From assembly GCA_013042625.1 (NCBI GenBank), contig JABDPU010000140.1, forward strand, positions 1 to 36,299: a stretch of DNA of 36,299 nt, written 5' to 3'. The notes beneath the pieces are model-generated. The model had not been told where the DNA came from. It ran no database searches and saw only the letters and a program-made list of their open reading frames with translations. This DNA comes from Flavobacteriaceae bacterium. GTDB lineage: Bacteria > Bacteroidota > Bacteroidia > Flavobacteriales > Flavobacteriaceae. A program made the translations under genes and the position numbers. Below, piece by piece: positions 31,501 through 36,299 of this stretch. Positions within the stretch are counted from its first letter, which is position 1, and every line of letters starts with the position of its first letter.

Positions 31501-34368
31501 CATATCAACGGTTACAGACATGGCTGCACCATTTAAGCTGGCGCCATTATTTCCCCACATTAGGTATTCGCCATCGTTAAAGGTATTGGAGTTGGTAGTT
31601 ATATTTTCGTTGTTAGTGGTATAAATGTCTGTTAGTCCCATCGTGAGCACACCTTCAATAGGACCGGTTCCATCTGTAGCGTTATTTACACTACTCGATT
31701 GTTTTTGAAGTAATTCGGAGTCGTCATCCCGCCCGATTCCAGCAATATCATAATTGAATCCTGCATTGGCCGATTGATCCCAGATCACGGTACCGTTTGA
31801 ATCGACATAGTCTTGAGAGGTACCATTAGCTCCTAATGTGATACCATATTTAACAGCCAGGTAAGACTGAACACGGTTTCTTGCCTGGGTTAAATCGGCA
31901 TCAGCCAATCGTGAATCAAACGTAATAACCTCGGCTATTCTTGCATTTAAGGAGGCTTCCCAGCCCTCACTTCTGCCAATCCACCATCTACCATCGGAAG
32001 TGTTCATATATTCGGCCGTATCATTCTGGGTTGTCTCTATATCATTTGCGTTGAGATACAATTCCTGTAAGGTATTGGCCGCATTATTCCTGGTATTGAT
32101 TATACTAACATTATCATAACTTGAACCTGTTCCTATTTCGGCTACAGCGTAACCATCGCCTGCACCACTAAAGGTATCATGAGCATAAGAAATAATTTCG
32201 TTATTGATACGTCCTGTATAATCACCAAAGCCTAATCCTGTGGCATCGGTCTGGTTAGTTTCTACGTGGGCATCGCTACAGAAAACATCCATAAACCCGA
32301 ATGAATTGGTTATGGGTGTGTCATCTGGTATAATTACAATGAATATTTCTTGTGTAAAGAATCCATAATCACCATAAAGGAATTCTCTTGTGTTATCATC
32401 ATAAGAGTAATCTCCATCTGTCGTAAATGTGTTATAGGAATTGTCAAATTCAATTACAGGGTTGAAATTAATATTTTGAGCGGCATTATCCCTATAAGTT
32501 GGTTCCTGCCCTGTTGTATTGATCTTTCCATCATCACCACGACCCTGGTCAAGCCAGTTAGACAAGCTTTGTCCATCAGTCAGGGTGTGTCCATCATTAC
32601 TTTTAAGCCAAAGTGCCAGGCTTGATGTTTCTCCACCAGGACCGATAGTTGGATCTGATCGATCGATTATTGAGAAATTATCGATAGCAATATCACTTCT
32701 GTTGCCAGCTCCGGTGTTTCCTTGTATCCTGATTTTAATGGTTTGCCCGATATAACTACTTAAATCGAAACTAAGGGGTATCCATTCCGAATTATTCGCG
32801 GTCTGTGTTTGCCCGGTAATTGTTATGAGGTTGTTCGGATATGTCAGTCCTGAATCTGTACTTAAATCAACGCTAAAACTATTGACATGACTGCCATAAA
32901 TATGAGCATAGAATGTTGCTCTTGGATTAGTTGTTCCAGTCAGGACAAAACAAGGTGAGATCAGGTTGGCAGTGCTACTATTATTTCCATCTGATTCTGT
33001 ATAATAATAATTTGATCCATTGTATGCACCAGATGGTCCTGTACTTGCGGTCGGAGTTCCACCTGTTCCTTGGGTCCAGTCGAAATTATCTCCTGTGTCC
33101 TGGGCCCACATTCCTGTTCCTGACTCAAAATCTTCTGTATACGGGAAGGTATTGACATAACCACCACATAAATCGATCCCGGTTCCCTGAATGTCGAAGT
33201 TGTAAGGGTTTTCGTCAGCATCATCATTACCTATGGTCACCACTGCTGTTCTTAGTCCAAGGGCACTCGGATTGAAAGTTATATCAAAGGTCGTTGAACC
33301 TCCAATGCCTATGGTATTTGATGGAATGGCGGTTACTGTAAAATCTGCAGCATGAGTTCCAGAGATTGTAACATAAGGCGATGCTCCCATCAAATTAAGG
33401 GTTAAGGTACCAGTATTATAAATTGTAAAGGTGTTAACATTGGTTCCTGCGGTAATATCTACATTTCCGAAATCTGTATCGTCCGTGGTCGAAGGTGTGA
33501 TATCTCCATCCACTATAGAATTACCATTACCCTGTATATCGATCTCGGGTTGTGGGGTAGTTGCAACACCAGTTAAATCGAAGTTGTATGGATTTTCATC
33601 AGCATCGTCATTAACAATTGAAAAGGTTGCCGTTCTCGTTCCTAATGCTGTTGGATTAAAAGTTATCACAAATGTCGTGGTACCTGCCGGAGTAACCGGA
33701 GTTGCAGGAGGTGTAGTTACAACAAAATCAAGAGGATTGGCTCCTGTTACTGCTGTTGCACCGAGGTTGAGGTTGGCAGTACCAAGATTATGTATTGTGA
33801 ATGTATGAGCAACCGGAAATCCAATTGCCGTTGTACCAAAGTCAGTATCATCAGTGGTAGACGGCGTTATATCTCCGTCTGCAATTGATATGCCAAGCCC
33901 GGTAACATCCATTTCAGGAACAGCTGCTTGTCCGGTTCCCTGGATTGCAAATGTATATGGTGAATTGGTTCCGTTTGTGAATGTAATGGTCACGGTAGCT
34001 GTCTTAAGGCCCGGAGTACTTGGAGTAAATGTTATTATGTGATTCAGCGGTGTGCCGTTACCTGTAAGATTTCCAAGATTAGCAACAGCAGGTGTAAAGT
34101 CTGCAGAGCCCGTAATGGTGACTGTAATTCCATTTAATCGATTACCAGGACTTCCTCCTGATGCCGTGTTGTCTAGAACAAAGGTATTTGGATTATTATT
34201 TCCAACGATTATGGTACCAAAATCGGTTCCATCGGTTATCCAGGGTGTAGTATCACCACTAGTTATGGTATTACCATTACCTGTTACTGTTAATGTTCCC
34301 TGCCCATATGAAAAGGCTGAGAACAATAATACCAGGACGGTAAATTTATATTGGTTAAAACACTTCAT
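28519..34368 (-). CDS. Giant (1949 aa) secreted multidomain T9SS cargo protein, paralogous to 21708-28256. Order of modules: signal peptide, 3 Ig-like (choice-of-anchor-D-type) repeats, MAM, unassigned 490-aa module, LamG, unassigned ~646-aa module with acidic linkers, type-A T9SS CTD.
   Basis: Single uninterrupted ORF with signal peptide MKCFNQYKFTVLVLLFSAFSYGQ. Long blocks are nearly identical to the neighbouring gene, for example LERDQQGTADTYTYNYWSAPVG, IADYWIWKFANQ and GTLYFWEHWGGGSHVLS. Confidence 0.85.
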   Translation of the reverse strand: MKCFNQYKFTVLVLLFSAFSYGQGTLTVTGNGNTITSGDTTPWITDGTDFGTIIVGNNNPNTFVLDNTASGGSPGNRLNGITVTITGSADFTPAVANLGNLTGNGTPLNHIITFTPSTPGLKTATVTITFTNGTNSPYTFAIQGTGQAAVPEMDVTGLGISIADGDITPSTTDDTDFGTTAIGFPVAHTFTIHNLGTANLNLGATAVTGANPLDFVVTTPPATPVTPAGTTTFVITFNPTALGTRTATFSIVNDDADENPYNFDLTGVATTPQPEIDIQGNGNSIVDGDITPSTTDDTDFGNVDITAGTNVNTFTIYNTGTLTLNLMGASPYVTISGTHAADFTVTAIPSNTIGIGGSTTFDITFNPSALGLRTAVVTIGNDDADENPYNFDIQGTGIDLCGGYVNTFPYTEDFESGTGMWAQDTGDNFDWTQGTGGTPTASTGPSGAYNGSNYYYTESDGNNSSTANLISPCFVLTGTTNPRATFYAHIYGSHVNSFSVDLSTDSGLTYPNNLITITGQTQTANNSEWIPLSFDLSSYIGQTIKIRIQGNTGAGNRSDIAIDNFSIIDRSDPTIGPGGETSSLALWLKSNDGHTLTDGQSLSNWLDQGRGDDGKINTTGQEPTYRDNAAQNINFNPVIEFDNSYNTFTTDGDYSYDDNTREFLYGDYGFFTQEIFIVIIPDDTPITNSFGFMDVFCSDAHVETNQTDATGLGFGDYTGRINNEIISYAHDTFSGAGDGYAVAEIGTGSSYDNVSIINTRNNAANTLQELYLNANDIETTQNDTAEYMNTSDGRWWIGRSEGWEASLNARIAEVITFDSRLADADLTQARNRVQSYLAVKYGITLGANGTSQDYVDSNGTVIWDQSANAGFNYDIAGIGRDDDSELLQKQSSSVNNATDGTGPIEGVLTMGLTDIYTTNNENITTNSNTFNDGEYLMWGNNGASLNGAAMSVTVDMSAGIGDASLVTNVSFEAIPRIWKVVENGGDIGTVKVSLPSNAVRTATPPDGRYLMFISSTGVFDPTADYRVMDESGATLSTTYDFDGTEYITFGWAPERVFERSIYFDPANLDYIDMEDNLDVNPSEFTISAWINRGANSTDKSILSKRDAGFTEGYDLRINTLGRLHFRWRNSGGPIQEVTSSVVIPTDKWHHVAAIYDGTDVTLYIDGVADTTRTRIAPVATNQSFFVGAAGKTGTTAYFHGNIDEVRVWDAALTATQLRYVMNQEIEDNSSFVGGKYFQDLAITPTKDDTATLPWSDLAGYYPMSTYTYTNTKDESGNGIQGSLKNLVTVDWQTAPLPYKSTQTGTWENLNTWENGSVQNIPGTTSIVDSNVSVDWNIVQINHDVNIINATDLPAVNNDNRKVLGLFVNANTLTVDGNNATGEGYGLTVTHYLNLDGDIDLEGESQLIQTMNSDLEVTSSGRLERDQQGTADTYTYNYWSAPVGISNITSNNNNYTLPDILRDGTSNINWLTSGYNGSNASPIGIADYWIWKFANQPDDDYASWQHVRSTGTVNAGEGFTMKGPGSGAILDDQNYVYLGKPNNADINLTLSSGNDYLVGNPYPSALDANQFILDNGALINGAGATTGTLYFWEHWGGGSHVLSQYQGGYATYNLSGGTPSAAMGTNDPDVGTGGTPTKTPGRYIPVAQGFFVVAETAGTINFNNGQRVFHKESSGNSIFVEAPQSDNPTFGSEGSNGLGDFELFEEEESRPQFRIGFNSVNTMRRQLLFTVDDNATDGIDNGYDGQLNEDQIDDLYWLINNDKYVIQGTDNLSENTVLPLGIHTENDGLNTIVLDELLNAQEDMKVWIHDKDLELYHDLMESGYEFYLPAGENLSRFEIVFRYVETGTDNSDLTDDEEAIDEVILEDEETGSFNVYYSNDMDSIIIVNPFNINISSITIYNVIGQKIYSIENIPSENSYVEYKVSNLSTGTYILQSETEQGNITKKVLVE
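28522..28755 (-). other. T9SS type-A C-terminal sorting domain (aa ~1872-1949).
   Basis: ...SIIIVNPFNINISSITIYNVIGQKIYSIEN...YKVSNLSTGTYILQSETEQGNITKKVLV has the same pattern as the paralogue's CTD. Confidence 0.75.
30694..31194 (-). other. LamG / concanavalin-A-like lectin domain (aa ~1059-1225).
   Basis: RSIYFDPANLDYIDM...FTISAWINR.....SILSKRD.GFTEGYDL......KWHHVAAIYDGTDVTLYIDGV........FFVGAAG......F.GNIDEVRVWDAALT..QLRYVMNQEI. Confidence 0.8.
32665..33168 (-). other. MAM domain (aa ~401-568).
   Basis: CGGYVNTFPYTEDFESGTGMWAQDTGDNFDWTQGTGGTPTASTGPSGAYNGSNYYYTES...ANLISPCFVL......F.AHIYG..VNSFSVDLSTDSG.....W.PLSFDLSSYIGQTIKIRIQG.TG.G.RSDIAIDNFSII. Confidence 0.8.
33172..34299 (-). repeat. 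Three tandem ~125-aa intragenic Ig-like (choice-of-anchor-D-type) repeats. They span aa 24-146, 147-269 and 270-399 (nt 33931-34299, 33562-33930 and 33172-33561). The first copy is the most diverged.
   Basis: Copies 2 and 3 read E(M/I)D(V/I).G.G.SI.DGDITPSTTDDTDFG.........NTFTI.N.GT..LNL.........G....DF.VT..P.........TTF.ITFNP(T/S)ALG.RTA...I.NDDADENPYNFD(L/I).G. Copy 1 keeps GDTTPWITDGTDFGT...FTP..PGLKTATVTI......PYTFAIQGTG. Confidence 0.8.
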
Positions 34369-34415
34369 TAGTGACTAAGTTTTAAGTAGTTTGGGACTAA
34401 CTTTCACTTTATTAA

Positions 34416-34462
34416 GGGTCAATGAGATGTGTGACCACTCGGGCAACACATCTCATCGACCC
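34416..34462 (-). terminator. Long 17-bp hairpin between the M14 peptidase gene and the 1949-aa gene. It may be a terminator, attenuator or RNA-stability element.
   Basis: On the minus-strand RNA, GGGUCGAUGAGAUGUGU pairs with ACACAUCUCAUUGACCC across a 13-nt loop (16 Watson-Crick pairs and one G-U). It starts 19 nt after the M14 stop codon. It is followed by UUAAUAAA only, which is a poor U-tract. Confidence 0.4.
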
Positions 34463-34481
34463 GATTAGAATACTAACATAT

Positions 34482-36299
34482 TTATTCTTTGATCAATCGT
34501 TTAACAAGGCTCTGTCCGGAATCGGCATCGGTCATCTTCAACAGGTAAGTTCCGGATGAAAGCGGATTGAGATTGTTTATTAATATTGTGTTTCCAGAGG
34601 TTGTGAATTCAGAATGAATTAAACGTCCTCTGATATCATACAATGCGAGTTGCATACTTCCAGCCTCGAATTGTGATGGCAGATCTATTTCAATTTCTGA
34701 ATCGAATGGATTCGGATATATTTTCAAATCAGCCAAGGATTCATCTTCCAATCCGAGTGTATCAACAGTTACGTCCACCTGAATCGTGACCTGATCATTG
34801 CCACATAGCGGATCGGTACTGGTGAGAATCACATCGTATTGACCACTGGCACCATAGGTATAAACCGGATTGGTGTCTGTTGAAGTTCCTGATCCATCAC
34901 CAAAATCCCAGCTATAGGTATCGGCGTCGGTTGAGGTATTGGTAAATGTCACCTCACCATTATTTGATGGATTAACAACATGAGAGAAATTCGCAACCGG
35001 TAGCGGATCAACATTTACGATCACTTCTTCCCTGGCGCTCTTAATTGGAGAGATTTTCCAGTCGTAAAAGAAGTAATAGTAGTTGGTATCTACATTTGAA
35101 TTTTTGATTGAAATCGAACCATTATTGTAAGGATAATTGGTTCCGGCAGCTGCGTTATTTCTCCACAGATTAAAGCCTGATGACATTTCGGCACTTGCTA
35201 ATCTGAGGTCATTGGCTACAGGGACTATAAAGTCAAGTGTAATTTCCTGAATTCCGGCAGACTCAACAATAATAACTCTTGAATCAAGCATGTTTCCTGC
35301 GCTGTCCTGTAATTGAACTTCAATTTCTCCGGCCTGCTGTGCATTGATCTCTACAGATTTCAATAGTACAGACTCTGTGCAATCGAATATCAGGTAACGG
35401 TCATTTTGACCACCGGCGAAGAATCCACCGTTTGTAGTATTTCCGGTTTCACCAACATTTGGTCTGGAAATTACTTGTTCAACAAAATATGATGTCGTTG
35501 CGGTTAAGGCAGGAGTTGTAAAGTTTGCTCCTGTAAATACAGGTGTATCACCTGCAATGTCATCGTACCAGTTCAGTGTTCCGGTACCGGTAGCGCTTAA
35601 GTTTGCAGTACTGTTCTCGCAAATAGTTGTATCTGATGCGGTTGGATTAGAGGTAGTAGCTACCAATGTTATATTCTGAACGGTTTTAGTATTGTTTGAA
35701 ATACTTACACCGTTAATAGTTTGTGATACATATCCCGGCGCCTCATAGGTTACGTTATATGTACCAGCTTCAAGCAGTCTGTAATAATCGCCCAGGGTAG
35801 GATTAGAGCTTACCCAGGTATTTAAATTCATATCATCATGCCCTGTGATCTTTATATTGGCTTCAACAGGGTTTCCAGACTCGTCCGATACATTTCCCTG
35901 TAATCCGTAATCGGCCTGCTTCATATAATCGAGAAAGGCTTGCTTATTCCAGTTCCAATGATTTGGTAATTGGTTACCAGGAAGGAATTTGGTGTCGGAT
36001 AATTCTATTGTTACTTCTTTGGAATGCCTGAAATAGTTCATGTAGTCCTGTCGGCCACCATAAACAACATACCATTGAGCTCCGTTGGTTACACCCGGAC
36101 TTGGGTCTATACCTGAATCATAATCAACGGTCATATAGTTACCGGGAACACCTGGAGAATTATGCACATTATCGGCGTATTCAACTGAGATATACTCGAA
36201 GTAATCATGATCTACATGCTGATTGTAAGTGTTGTCGTAAGGGTAGTTAACCAGCTCAACACCACCGTGGAAATTAGCTGCCAGTACGATGTTTCGAGA
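34482..36299 (-). CDS. M14-family zinc carboxypeptidase (N/E-like subfamily), partial. The N-terminus lies beyond the window end. The visible part comprises the peptidase core C-terminal portion, a carboxypeptidase-regulatory-like beta-sandwich, an Ig-like domain plus an unassigned beta-domain, a PKD domain and a type-A T9SS CTD.
   Basis: The track ORF begins at an internal GTG (36167). My manual translation continues upstream without a stop to 36299: SRNIVLAANFHGGVELVNYPYDNTYNQHVDHDYFEYISVEYADNVHNSPG.... The (A/S)N(F/L)HGG..V.NYP(Y/F)D block is the M14 substrate/zinc-region signature. GNVSDESGNPVEANIKI...GDYYRLLEAGTYNVTYEAPGY is the transthyretin-like regulatory domain. Confidence 0.85.
   Translation of the reverse strand, partial: SRNIVLAANFHGGVELVNYPYDNTYNQHVDHDYFEYISVEYADNVHNSPGVPGNYMTVDYDSGIDPSPGVTNGAQWYVVYGGRQDYMNYFRHSKEVTIELSDTKFLPGNQLPNHWNWNKQAFLDYMKQADYGLQGNVSDESGNPVEANIKITGHDDMNLNTWVSSNPTLGDYYRLLEAGTYNVTYEAPGYVSQTINGVSISNNTKTVQNITLVATTSNPTASDTTICENSTANLSATGTGTLNWYDDIAGDTPVFTGANFTTPALTATTSYFVEQVISRPNVGETGNTTNGGFFAGGQNDRYLIFDCTESVLLKSVEINAQQAGEIEVQLQDSAGNMLDSRVIIVESAGIQEITLDFIVPVANDLRLASAEMSSGFNLWRNNAAAGTNYPYNNGSISIKNSNVDTNYYYFFYDWKISPIKSAREEVIVNVDPLPVANFSHVVNPSNNGEVTFTNTSTDADTYSWDFGDGSGTSTDTNPVYTYGASGQYDVILTSTDPLCGNDQVTIQVDVTVDTLGLEDESLADLKIYPNPFDSEIEIDLPSQFEAGSMQLALYDIRGRLIHSEFTTSGNTILINNLNPLSSGTYLLKMTDADSGQSLVKRLIKE
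34485..34733 (-). other. T9SS type-A C-terminal sorting domain of the M14 peptidase.
   Basis: LKIYPNPFDSEIEIDLP.....MQLALYDIRGRLIHSE......ILINNLNPLSSGTYLLKMTDADSGQSLVKRLIKE contains the canonical (Y/F)PNP(F/V/A) and L..G.Y(L/I)(L/V)K motifs. Confidence 0.85.
34764..35009 (-). other. PKD domain of the M14 peptidase.
   Basis: PVANFSHVVNPSNNGEVTFTNTSTDADTYSWDFGDGSGTSTDTNPVYTYGASGQYDVILTSTD contains the PKD signature (F.N.S....(Y/F).WDFGDG......NP.(H/Y).Y...G.Y.V.L). Confidence 0.85.

Noticed and set aside
1-36299. A search for mobile-element boundaries, tRNA genes or integrase/transposase genes that would mark 21.7-36.3 kb as a horizontally acquired island.
   Set aside because: No tRNA-like cloverleaf, terminal inverted repeat pair or recombinase-like ORF is visible. 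Base composition and codon style of the giant genes look similar to the housekeeping part. I call the block accessory-looking on gene content only, not a demonstrated genomic island.

Overview
This looks like a chromosomal segment from a Bacteroidota, Flavobacteriia-like genome. The evidence is type-A T9SS C-terminal sorting domains, TAnnTTTG-type -7 promoter boxes, no Shine-Dalgarno sequences, and a by-eye GC estimate of about 40%. Positions 1-21.7 kb are ordinary housekeeping DNA: purB (partial), a Sir2 deacylase, trmH, a DEAD-box helicase, rdgB, hpf, rlmH, nadC, priA, rpsF-rpsR-rplI and hisS, with small stress/detox-type genes and one decayed pseudogene between them. The one unusual gene there is a 666-aa fusion of an ATP-grasp ligase with an extended-SDR epimerase/dehydratase, which has no pathway neighbours. 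Positions 21.7-36.3 kb form an accessory-looking block of three consecutive minus-strand T9SS cargo genes. These are an M14 carboxypeptidase with PKD and CTD domains (partial) and two tandem giant paralogues of 1949 and 2182 aa. Both paralogues carry Ig-like repeats, a MAM domain, an unassigned module of about 490 aa, a LamG domain, an unassigned module of about 630 aa, and a CTD. They also share a conserved 5' leader motif. This paralogue pair and its two unassigned conserved modules are the best candidate for an undescribed surface or secreted system. I found no tRNA, rRNA, CRISPR array, transposase or integrase. All family assignments come from reading motifs in the translations, not from database searches.
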